This document shows positions 39,313-48,596 of a stretch of DNA of 60,238 nucleotides, one piece after another. Origin of the DNA: a bacterium (GTDB taxonomy: Bacteria; Margulisbacteria; Marinamargulisbacteria; GCA-2716485; JAYNIM01); assembly GCA_038109055.1 (NCBI GenBank), contig JAYNIM010000010.1, positions 1 through 60,238 of the forward strand, in the 5' to 3' direction. The position numbers and the translations under genes are program-made. Position 1 is the first letter of the stretch. Each line of letters opens with the position of its first letter. Below the pieces are notes generated by a model. The model did no database searches and was not told the origin of the DNA. It was given only the letters and a program-made list of their open reading frames with translations.

Positions 39313-41673
39313 ATGAAATTCCCAAAATCTTGGCTTAAAGACTTTATTAACCTCCCCAATAACGACCTGGAATTGGCCGAAAAGTTAAGTATATCAGGCC
39401 TCGAAGTTGACGACATTATTCAGCCTAAAAAAGACCTTTCTAATGTCATATCCGCCCAAATAAAAAGTATCGACAAACACCCCGAAGCTGATCGCTTGGT
39501 GATTACCCAATGTCATGACGGCCAAAACACCCATCAAATTGTCACCGGAGCAAAAAACATCAAAGAAGGCGATATCGTCCCCCTTGCCTTGCCTAATGCC
39601 GTATTAGCTAATGGCCTCAAAATCAAAAAAAGCAAACTCAGGGGCATTGATTCTTTTGGCATGCTTTGTTCGGAAAGTGAACTAGGTTTGTGTGAAGAAG
39701 CAGACGGTATCTGGATTTTAGAATCAGACATACCCTTGGGCCTAGATTTAGTCGAACATTTTTTATTAAATGACTGCATTTTTGATATAGGCATCCTGCC
39801 CAACCGTGGTGATTGTCAAAGTATCTTTGGCTTGGCCAGAGAACTCAGTGCCATTCTAGATATCCCTCTTAAACACGCCAAATGGCAGCCCCCCACACCT
39901 TCCTTCAAAAGCAACATTCACATAGCCAATTCACTGCCTGAACAGGTCCCCTATTATAGCGCTAGAGTTCTAAAAAATTGTCAAAACGGCCAAAGCCCTG
40001 CCTGGCTAAAGGCACGACTATGGGCCTGTGGACTGCGCCCCATTTCCTTAAATGTAGATATCAGCAATTATGTCTTACTCGAATATGGCCAACCTCTTCA
40101 CGCGTTTTCTTACGAAAGTTTAAAACAAAAAGACAGTTCCTTAACCCTCAATATACGTTTTGCAAAAGAAAAAGAGAAAATCAAAACACTCGACGAAAAA
40201 GAACAACTCCTCACAAAAAACGACATCATCATTGACCATCATCAGCGCCCCATCGCTATTGCAGGTGTCATGGGCGGCCTAGACTCAGGCAGCACGACTA
40301 ACACAAACAATGAAACATTGGTATTAGAAGCCGCCAACTTCAACCCTGTCCATGTCAGACGAACAGCACATCGTCTCAATTTACGCTCCGAAAGTGCCAT
40401 TCGCTTTGAAAAAGGCATTGATCAAGACCAAATCAAACTCGCATCTGATCGCGCTGCCGATCTTTATCACACTCTATGTAAGGCAGAAGTGGGAGACTGT
40501 ATCATTAGCAGCACCCCACATGAAACGCCTGCTATACCTTTCAGCACAGAAAAAATCAATGCCCTATTAGGAAGCACCTACAGCAACCAACATATCCAAC
40601 AACAACTCGAAAAACTCGGCTTTAACATCGATCAAAACCGCTGTCTCGTCCCCTCTTGGCGCCAACACGACTGTAAAACCCTCGCCTGTCTAGCCGAAGA
40701 AATCGCACGTCTAGATGGCTTTACGGCGATTCCAGACCAACTCCCCCAAGGGCCAGTCCTACATCCCCCCGAACAAGAAAACCTCAAAGAGCGCCGTCAG
40801 CTAAGAAAACACTTAGCACAGCTCGGCTTCAACGAATGCTGCAGCTTTCCCATGATTTCAGACAAAGACTGGCAACTCACTCACTCCACAGAACCCCCAC
40901 ACACAGTCATTCAAAACCCCATTAGCCAAGACCAACGCATTCTACGCGACAGTCTATTAAGCAACTTACTAACGATCTACAAAAACAATCAACGCAAACA
41001 ACAAACACAGCTCCATTTTTTTGAACTAGGTAACTGTTTCAATCAAAAAAACGAAACCTTTAATCTGGGTATTCTTATGGGCGGTCAATGGCTAAATAGC
41101 TATGACAAAAACACGGAACACCTACAAAAAAGCAGCCTAGCACATCTAAAATCATGTCTCGAACAAAGTTTGTCTCACAAAAACCTGCTATTCACAACAA
41201 ACACAGAGCCGCCTGTCTATAGCCACCCCAGCCATTATCTAAACATCCACGAACATACAACACACATCGGGCACTGCTTCGAACTACATCCAAGCACTTT
41301 AAAAACAGCCGGCATCAAAGGGCAAGTCTTTTTCGCAGAACTCACGCTAAGCTCAACAACACAGGAAATCCCCCAATTTACTGCCTATAGCAAATTCCCC
41401 TCAACTCGTAGAGACATCGCAATCTTAGCCAATCAAACCCTCAGCTATCAAGACATTTTAGCCTGTATCGAAACCCATAAACACCCATGGGTCACCAACA
41501 TCACGCTAGTTGATCATTACCAAGGTGAACAAATCGATGCCAATAAAAAAAGTTTAGCCTTTGCCCTACGCTACCAAAACCCAAACGACACTCTTTCAGA
41601 CGACGCCGTTAATAAGGCCCACCAAGACCTTTGCAAAAACCTCTGTGATCATTTAGATATCCAGATTCGATGA
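39313..41673 (+). CDS. pheT: Phenylalanine-tRNA ligase beta subunit
   Basis: KHPEADRL, SFGMLCSESELG, PNRGDC, GQPLHAF, RFEKG, SKFPSTRRD. Confidence 0.96.
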   Translation: MKFPKSWLKDFINLPNNDLELAEKLSISGLEVDDIIQPKKDLSNVISAQIKSIDKHPEADRLVITQCHDGQNTHQIVTGAKNIKEGDIVPLALPNAVLANGLKIKKSKLRGIDSFGMLCSESELGLCEEADGIWILESDIPLGLDLVEHFLLNDCIFDIGILPNRGDCQSIFGLARELSAILDIPLKHAKWQPPTPSFKSNIHIANSLPEQVPYYSARVLKNCQNGQSPAWLKARLWACGLRPISLNVDISNYVLLEYGQPLHAFSYESLKQKDSSLTLNIRFAKEKEKIKTLDEKEQLLTKNDIIIDHHQRPIAIAGVMGGLDSGSTTNTNNETLVLEAANFNPVHVRRTAHRLNLRSESAIRFEKGIDQDQIKLASDRAADLYHTLCKAEVGDCIISSTPHETPAIPFSTEKINALLGSTYSNQHIQQQLEKLGFNIDQNRCLVPSWRQHDCKTLACLAEEIARLDGFTAIPDQLPQGPVLHPPEQENLKERRQLRKHLAQLGFNECCSFPMISDKDWQLTHSTEPPHTVIQNPISQDQRILRDSLLSNLLTIYKNNQRKQQTQLHFFELGNCFNQKNETFNLGILMGGQWLNSYDKNTEHLQKSSLAHLKSCLEQSLSHKNLLFTTNTEPPVYSHPSHYLNIHEHTTHIGHCFELHPSTLKTAGIKGQVFFAELTLSSTTQEIPQFTAYSKFPSTRRDIAILANQTLSYQDILACIETHKHPWVTNITLVDHYQGEQIDANKKSLAFALRYQNPNDTLSDDAVNKAHQDLCKNLCDHLDIQIR

Positions 41674-44156
41674 ATACGACCCTAGAGACCCCTATGATGC
41701 GCCAATACCAGGCCATCAAAGAGCAGCACCCTGATAGCATCCTGTTTTTCAGGTTAGGCGATTTTTATGAAATGTTCTTAGAAGACGCTAAAGTAGCCTC
41801 TAAAATACTCGATCTCACCCTCACCGGCCGTGGAAAAAACGAAAACCGTGTCCCTATGTGTGGGGTCCCTTTTCATGCCAGAGAAAATTACATCAATAAA
41901 TTGGTCAAACATGGCTACAAGGTGGCCATTTGCGAACAAACCGAAGAAGCCACTCCCGGCAAAGGCCTAACCGAACGCGCTGTCATCCAAACCATTACCC
42001 CAGGCACCATTTTGCAAGACAATGCCCTCGAAGCAAGCACAAACAATTTCCTAATGGCCATTCAAGAACAAAAAAAAGGCATTGCCATCGCAGTAATCGA
42101 TTACAGTACAGGCGATTTTCTATTAGGTACCTTAAACACAAGCAACGAACTCGAAACCTATCTAACCCAGTGTCAGATCAAAGAAGTCCTCATCGATGAA
42201 AACAGTCAGATAAAACTCCCGACCCCCTTACTAAAAAACCGTATTTACATGCATAACCTCTCGACTGCCACCCAAAAATTACAACAATATTTTCAAGTCA
42301 AAGATATGGATGGCTTTGGCCTCAAACATGATAGCCACTGTTTTTCAGCTGCCTATGCCCTCATTGACTATCTACAAAAAACCCAACAAATCGAAAACAT
42401 CCCCCTCAAACCCTGCAAACGCATCCCTTTTTCAGAGTGTCTACAACTCGATCAACACAGCAGCAAACATCTCGAACTCTTCAAAGATACCCATGACAAT
42501 AGCCAAAACAGTCTCTTTCATATCCTTAATCACTGCAAAACCCCCATGGGCAAACGCAAACTCACCTACCTTCTTCGCCACCCTCTTCAAGATATCCCCA
42601 CCCTTGAAAAACGTCTCGACCAAGTCGAAAGCATGGTCCAAAGCCCCCTATTCAAAGAAGGCATACGTCAATTATTAACCCCTATCAACGACATCGAACG
42701 GATCAGCAACAAAATATGGACCAAACAAAACAACCCCAAGGATCTGGCAGCACTTAAAGAAACAATCAAGGCAATTCTCGACCTCAGTCAATGTCTCGAA
42801 CGTTATGACATTCCCAACTTAAAACGATTCAACGACTACTTCAATGGCCCAGATAAACAGCTCCTTACAAAGGTTCAAAACGAAATAGAAAAAGCCCTCA
42901 TTCCAGACCCTCCTAGCCATCTTCGTGACGGAAATATCATCAACAGTCAGTATAGTAACGAACTTGAAGCTCTTCTAAATCAATTCAAGGAAATTCGCAC
43001 ATGGATCAATAAATTAGAAGAAGAAGAGAAAGAAAAAACCGGCATTAAAACCCTCAAGGTCGGCTTCAACAAAGTCTTTGGCTACTACATCGAAGTATCA
43101 AAATTACAACAATCCCTTGTCCCCGATACATATATCCGCAAACAAACCCTCACCAATGCTGAACGCTATATCACTGCCGAACTCAAAGAAAAAGAACAAA
43201 TCTTACTCCAAGGCGACCAACAACAAATCCAACTCGAACAACACCTTTATAGTGAACTCTTAAAAAAACTCCATCCCTTCCTGCCCTGCTTACAACGTGC
43301 CGCAGACTGGATTGCCAAATTAGATGTGATTCAAAGTTTGGGCCATGTCTCGCAACAAAACAACTATTGCCGCCCCAGCTTCCATACAGAAAGCGGCACC
43401 CTATATCTAGAAGACAATCGTCACCCTATTCTTGAAACACACACAAAGACCCGCATCATTCCCAACACCATCAGCCTCACAGCAGACAGCAACCTCATGC
43501 TCATCACCGGGCCAAATATGGCCGGAAAATCAACCATTATGCGTCAAGTCGCTCTCAGTGTCATCATGGCACAAATAGGCTGCTTTGTTCCCGCAAAAAC
43601 CGCCCGTCTATCCATCACCAAACACATTTTCACCCGAATTGGCGCTAGTGACGATTTATATCGTGGGCAAAGCACCTTTATGGTCGAAATGGTCGAAACA
43701 GCCAATATCTTAAACAATGCCTGCAAAGACAGCCTCATCATCCTCGATGAAATTGGCCGTGGCACCGCCACCTATGATGGGCTTAGTATTGCGGCTGCCG
43801 TTATTAAACATCTTCAAACCCACATCACTACCAGCACCTTATTCGCCACCCACTATCATGAACTCACCCCGTATTGCAAACAATTAACAGGCATCCAACA
43901 TCAACGTATGGGTATCATTAAAAGCAACAACACCCTACAATTCACCTATTTACTCGAAAAAGGCAGCGCAGATAGTAGTTATGGCCTTACCGTCGCAAAA
44001 ATGGCCGGTATTCCAGACGCGGTTCTTGCAGATGCCCAAGCCCTACTAAAAGGTCTCGAAGACAAAGGCCTATCCCATATCACCCACGAAAAAAAGCCAC
44101 GACACCCTGATAAAAAAGAAGGAAAAAACCCCCAGCTGCTTTTGTGGCAACAATAA
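41670..44156 (+). CDS. mutS: DNA mismatch repair protein MutS
   Basis: TPMMRQY, GDFYE, TGPNMAGKST, STFMVEM, DEIGRGT, FATHYHEL. Confidence 0.97.
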   Translation: MNTTLETPMMRQYQAIKEQHPDSILFFRLGDFYEMFLEDAKVASKILDLTLTGRGKNENRVPMCGVPFHARENYINKLVKHGYKVAICEQTEEATPGKGLTERAVIQTITPGTILQDNALEASTNNFLMAIQEQKKGIAIAVIDYSTGDFLLGTLNTSNELETYLTQCQIKEVLIDENSQIKLPTPLLKNRIYMHNLSTATQKLQQYFQVKDMDGFGLKHDSHCFSAAYALIDYLQKTQQIENIPLKPCKRIPFSECLQLDQHSSKHLELFKDTHDNSQNSLFHILNHCKTPMGKRKLTYLLRHPLQDIPTLEKRLDQVESMVQSPLFKEGIRQLLTPINDIERISNKIWTKQNNPKDLAALKETIKAILDLSQCLERYDIPNLKRFNDYFNGPDKQLLTKVQNEIEKALIPDPPSHLRDGNIINSQYSNELEALLNQFKEIRTWINKLEEEEKEKTGIKTLKVGFNKVFGYYIEVSKLQQSLVPDTYIRKQTLTNAERYITAELKEKEQILLQGDQQQIQLEQHLYSELLKKLHPFLPCLQRAADWIAKLDVIQSLGHVSQQNNYCRPSFHTESGTLYLEDNRHPILETHTKTRIIPNTISLTADSNLMLITGPNMAGKSTIMRQVALSVIMAQIGCFVPAKTARLSITKHIFTRIGASDDLYRGQSTFMVEMVETANILNNACKDSLIILDEIGRGTATYDGLSIAAAVIKHLQTHITTSTLFATHYHELTPYCKQLTGIQHQRMGIIKSNNTLQFTYLLEKGSADSSYGLTVAKMAGIPDAVLADAQALLKGLEDKGLSHITHEKKPRHPDKKEGKNPQLLLWQQ

Positions 44157-44174
44157 ACAGCTAAAACCTTAATA

Positions 44175-44198
44175 ATCAGTCAAGCGACCTTGATTGAT
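44175..44198. terminator. Hairpin between convergent genes, possible terminator
   Basis: atcagtcaag-cgac-cttgattgat, 10-bp stem with one G-U pair; no clear U tract. Confidence 0.3.
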
Positions 44199-44251
44199 CA
44201 AACACAGGAAACCTAGTCAAAAGGTTCTCAACAAAAAGAGGATCACTGAAA

Positions 44252-46651
44252 TCATGCATCCTTAGCAAACGCCTCTCCTAATCCTTTTGCAGTCACAAAC
44301 CCAAATAAAGTAGGGTCATCACTAGGTTTATACGCAAAACACTGTTTAGCGGCAGGATATACATGATACGACTCTAACTGGTTAACTGAAGCATGCATTG
44401 TAAAAGCCCTGCCATGTCTATCTACACTGCTAAGCCATTGCTGATCTATAACGTTTATGTTATCTCGAAACGTTTGATCAGTAGGATCATAATCAACTTT
44501 ATTGTTGTTTGTATCAACGATGGCAGAATAAGGCAAGACTTTTTGAACCTGCATGTCTTGGTCTAACATTTCATTAAAATAATCAGGGCTATTATCTACA
44601 AAACAAACCCCTTCACAAGCATCATGTTCAACGCGGAGATCTCTCCCACCTCTAGCAAGAATCTGCCTTTTTTGTTGTGTATTTCCTGTAGATGCCTTCT
44701 CAAGAGCCCTCATAAATTGAATGGCTTCAGGCTTATTTAAATAGCGCTCACCTTTAACAAACTTAGGTTGAAAAATTCTATATAAATGAAAAGGTTCCCC
44801 CTGTGTATCAAACTCCTGAACACAGCCCAATGCACTACACTGAAAAAAAGAGTCTTGGTTTGGAGAAATCTCCGACAAAGCAGAAAAAATGGCTCTACGC
44901 TGCTCAGAACTCAAGGTATCAAGACTTGCCGTTGAACAAATATTCAGACATATATCAACCTCTTGGTCTTGAGCATATTTCTTAATCTGTTGCAACATCT
45001 CTAAAACATCCTGATTAACAATGTTGTGTTTATCAAAATTTCGATGCTCCACTAAACCATTCAAAAAACATCCATCCATATCCAATTCAATCACATACTT
45101 ACTTCTGTCCCTTTTTGCAAACGCAACACCCTCTTTAATGTCTGCAACAAGCTTTGTCGCATAGCTGGACGGTAAATCAGGTACCGCAGTAGGATCAACG
45201 CCACCTTCAAGACCCGTAACCCTAGCAACAGAAGCCTCACCTGAACGTGGTGAAACGACGGATGCTGCAAGATCCATACTAACATCAGCATCATAACTAT
45301 TAGCAACATGTTCAAAACGACTAACATCATCAGCAACAACTACACCACGCACATCTTCCTCATCAATAACAGCTTCACCTTCAGTACCCCTAGAAGCAGT
45401 AGCCTCTGACAATTCTAATGAGTAGTGAAGACGATCCTGTCCGCGTGCCTCTGCAGAAGAAGCGCTAGGAATAACTTCAGCTTCAACCCTAACAGGCTTA
45501 GAAAACGCTAAAGGCTCCCGATCCAGAAGCTCAAAAAGGTCTTGAGCAGAAACCTGAGAAGACCGAAGCGCAAGCCTCAATGAATCATGATTCCCATCAG
45601 AATCATGCAAACTCACAAATGGCACATGGCGACTAGGATCCTGAGGAAACAGATTAGGCCTTATATCAATACCCCCCTCATCAACGTCAACGTCTTGCAA
45701 AAGCATAAGCTTATCAGGAAAAATCTTATCCTCTTCTTCTAAACCTAAACGAGGAATAGGATCCTCAACAATCGTTGTTTCGATACATAGAAACTGACAA
45801 AAATGTTCAGGCAATATATTAAAGGCATGAGAGGGAGCGGAAGGTCGAGCGGAGCCCGTATCTATCTTAGAAAAATACGCATAAACAGCCTCCCCTTCCT
45901 CCCTAATAGACTCAATATTCGTAGCTCCTTCTATAATATAACCAATCGAAGATTCTGTTTTCAACTGTTCAGCAAAAGGAACAACATGATTAAACATCAA
46001 CGATTGCACAGCTAATTGCGCTGCACACATACGCTGATATTGAGAATGATCATCTGACGAAGCCAAAGACTGTAAAGAGGTCAAAGACAATTGAAATAAG
46101 ACCCCTGCAATTTTCATCAGGGCATAACGACGACAATTAACTTGCCCCGAGAAACTTGAAGAATCTTGTAATGCCTCTTCACAGCGTTTAAACGAAAACG
46201 CACACAAATTTGAAACATCTTCTACCGCTTTTAGCTGAGTCATAGGGTCTGGAGACCCAAGATCAGCAATAACCGCTTGATACCCCGCTTTAACAGACAG
46301 CCCCTCTCCTAAGGGAAACAGAAAGTCAGATAAGGTGTCATCTTGCATAATATCATGCAATACCCCAGCTGAATGTCCAATAGGTATCTGATCCTCTAAA
46401 TCTACCAACTCTTGCACACGAGTATGGATTTCACGCGTACAAGCAGCAAACTCAGGCATCTCAGCGTCCATACTACAAGCATCACTGCCTTCAACAGGAT
46501 CTAAAGAAAGCTCCCCTAAGCCATTGGAAACACCAAGAGACAAATAAGGATTCGCTTTAGACAAACGTGTCGGATCAGCAGAAAAGTCAGGCCCTTTTCC
46601 AGAACTACCTCCCGAAGAAACACCCCCACTACGCACCGTACCACTCCCCAC
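44252..46651 (-). CDS. Orphan protein with a C-terminal HAD-superfamily-like domain
   Basis: 799-aa ORF; G/S-rich N-terminus; YVIELDMDG, ICST, NKPEAI, VCFVDNS. Confidence 0.65.
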   Translation of the reverse strand: MGSGTVRSGGVSSGGSSGKGPDFSADPTRLSKANPYLSLGVSNGLGELSLDPVEGSDACSMDAEMPEFAACTREIHTRVQELVDLEDQIPIGHSAGVLHDIMQDDTLSDFLFPLGEGLSVKAGYQAVIADLGSPDPMTQLKAVEDVSNLCAFSFKRCEEALQDSSSFSGQVNCRRYALMKIAGVLFQLSLTSLQSLASSDDHSQYQRMCAAQLAVQSLMFNHVVPFAEQLKTESSIGYIIEGATNIESIREEGEAVYAYFSKIDTGSARPSAPSHAFNILPEHFCQFLCIETTIVEDPIPRLGLEEEDKIFPDKLMLLQDVDVDEGGIDIRPNLFPQDPSRHVPFVSLHDSDGNHDSLRLALRSSQVSAQDLFELLDREPLAFSKPVRVEAEVIPSASSAEARGQDRLHYSLELSEATASRGTEGEAVIDEEDVRGVVVADDVSRFEHVANSYDADVSMDLAASVVSPRSGEASVARVTGLEGGVDPTAVPDLPSSYATKLVADIKEGVAFAKRDRSKYVIELDMDGCFLNGLVEHRNFDKHNIVNQDVLEMLQQIKKYAQDQEVDICLNICSTASLDTLSSEQRRAIFSALSEISPNQDSFFQCSALGCVQEFDTQGEPFHLYRIFQPKFVKGERYLNKPEAIQFMRALEKASTGNTQQKRQILARGGRDLRVEHDACEGVCFVDNSPDYFNEMLDQDMQVQKVLPYSAIVDTNNNKVDYDPTDQTFRDNINVIDQQWLSSVDRHGRAFTMHASVNQLESYHVYPAAKQCFAYKPSDDPTLFGFVTAKGLGEAFAKDA

Positions 46652-46769
46652 ACAAATAACTCATCATACCCCCTAAAAAACGTTCTATAACAGTTTCCAT
46701 ACCCCTAAATAACAATCCTTAAACATAAAATCTAGCCAAAATCACATAAAATCGCTATAGTAAAATTTC

Positions 46770-48587
46770 ATGAGCAACTGGAAAAACCGTCACCATTGTG
46801 GGCAACTTAATATAAAAAACAAAGGAAAAACCGTGACTCTTTACGGATGGATCGATACCGTACGTGATCACGGCCAAGTCTTATTTTTGCATGTCAGAGA
46901 CCGATCAGGCAGCTGCCAAGTCGTGGCCGATCCCAAACATAACGACGCCTATCAATGTGCAGAAACCTGTCGTAGTGAGTTTGTCTGTGAAATTCGCGGC
47001 ACAGTACGTGAACGCGACGAAATCAACAAAAATCCCGACATGCCCACAGGCGACATCGAAGTAGAAGCTACTCACATCACCCTTCTTAACAAAGCCAAAA
47101 CACCTCCTTTTCTGATCTGCGAAAAAGGCAGTGACACGCCTGATCAAAAACCAAACGTCGACGAAGATATCCGCCTCACCTACCGTTATCTCGACCTACG
47201 TCGTAAATCCATGCAAAAGAACATGATTCAACGCAGTCGCTTAATTTCTCTCATCCGCCGCTACTGCGACGAGCATGAGTTTTTAGACATCGAAACCCCC
47301 ATGCTCTGCAAAAGCACCCCTGAAGGTGCCCGTGATTATTTAGTCCCGAGTCGTCTTCATGCCGAAAAATTTTATGCTCTTCCTCAATCCCCTCAACTTT
47401 ATAAACAACTTTTAATGATGAGCGGCCTCGAGCGTTACTATCAAATTGTTCGCTGTTTTCGCGATGAAGACCTCCGTCCCAACCGCCAACCCGAATTCAC
47501 CCAAATGGATTTAGAAGCCTCTTTTATCGACGAAAGCTTTATCTACGAATTTATTGAAGGCCTCATCCAAAAACTCTATGCCCATCTAGGCATCACTATC
47601 CAAACGCCTTTCCCAAAAATCTCCTACAAAGACGCCATGGAACACTATGGCTGTGATCGGCCTGACCTTCGTTTTGACATGAAGATATTAAATATTAGTA
47701 ATATTTTTACAAATTGTAAATACAAGATCTTTCAAAGCATTGTCCAAAAAGGCGGACAAGTCAAAGGAATCCTCCTCAAAAACCAAGCAGATCAACTAAG
47801 CAAAAATTTTCTTCAAGAAGAACTCGGCAAAAAAATCATCCAAAAGCTCGGCGGTAAAGGCGTGTCATGGATGAAAGTGATCAATGGTAAACTCGAATCC
47901 AATATCGTCCAATTTTTCTCTGAGGCCGAACAACAAAACATCATGTCGCAATTTAAAGCCGAAAACAATGATGTCATTTTACTTGTGGCCGATACCAATC
48001 ACGCCCTTCTCTGCGACGTCGCTGGCCGACTACGTCTCTTTATGGCAGAAAAATGTGGCCTTATCGACCCCAAAAAAATCGCTATTTGCTGGGTCAATGA
48101 ATTTCCGCTTTTCGAAAAAAAAGACGGTCGTCTTCATGCCATCCACCATCCTTTTACCCAGCCCTCTCAATCCCTAGACAATCTCAACGACGACCAACTC
48201 CTCAATCTAAACTCTCGCGCCTACGACATCGTCATCAATGGGGAAGAAGTGGGCGGTGGCAGTATCAGAATCCATGACCCCGAAATGCAAGCGCAAATCT
48301 TTTCCGCACTCGGTTTGAATGAAAAAGAAATCGACGAAAAATTTGGATTTTTTGTCAACGCACTCTCTTACGGCTGTCCCCCACATGGTGGTATTGCGCT
48401 AGGTATCGATAGGCTCATATCCATCCTACTCAACGAAGACTCCATCCGCGAAGTGATTGCCTTTCCAAAAAACAGAATGGCCGTTTGCCCCTTAACCCAA
48501 GCCCCTTCACCAGTTAAAACAGAACAACTCACAGACCTTCATCTTAAAGCACAGGTAAAAAAAACAGCCTCTCCCCCCCAAACATAA
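46770..48587 (+). CDS. aspS: Aspartate-tRNA ligase
   Basis: RYLDLRR, STPEGARDY, LPQSPQ, CFRDEDLR, GGGSIRIH, PPHGGIALG. Confidence 0.97.
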   Translation: MSNWKNRHHCGQLNIKNKGKTVTLYGWIDTVRDHGQVLFLHVRDRSGSCQVVADPKHNDAYQCAETCRSEFVCEIRGTVRERDEINKNPDMPTGDIEVEATHITLLNKAKTPPFLICEKGSDTPDQKPNVDEDIRLTYRYLDLRRKSMQKNMIQRSRLISLIRRYCDEHEFLDIETPMLCKSTPEGARDYLVPSRLHAEKFYALPQSPQLYKQLLMMSGLERYYQIVRCFRDEDLRPNRQPEFTQMDLEASFIDESFIYEFIEGLIQKLYAHLGITIQTPFPKISYKDAMEHYGCDRPDLRFDMKILNISNIFTNCKYKIFQSIVQKGGQVKGILLKNQADQLSKNFLQEELGKKIIQKLGGKGVSWMKVINGKLESNIVQFFSEAEQQNIMSQFKAENNDVILLVADTNHALLCDVAGRLRLFMAEKCGLIDPKKIAICWVNEFPLFEKKDGRLHAIHHPFTQPSQSLDNLNDDQLLNLNSRAYDIVINGEEVGGGSIRIHDPEMQAQIFSALGLNEKEIDEKFGFFVNALSYGCPPHGGIALGIDRLISILLNEDSIREVIAFPKNRMAVCPLTQAPSPVKTEQLTDLHLKAQVKKTASPPQT

Positions 48588-48596
48588 AAATCCCCC

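Noticed and set aside
46770..47100. Calling AspRS non-discriminating from RDHG
   Set aside because: The His fits, but the second diagnostic Gly is not evident; needs asnS/gatCAB status from the genome
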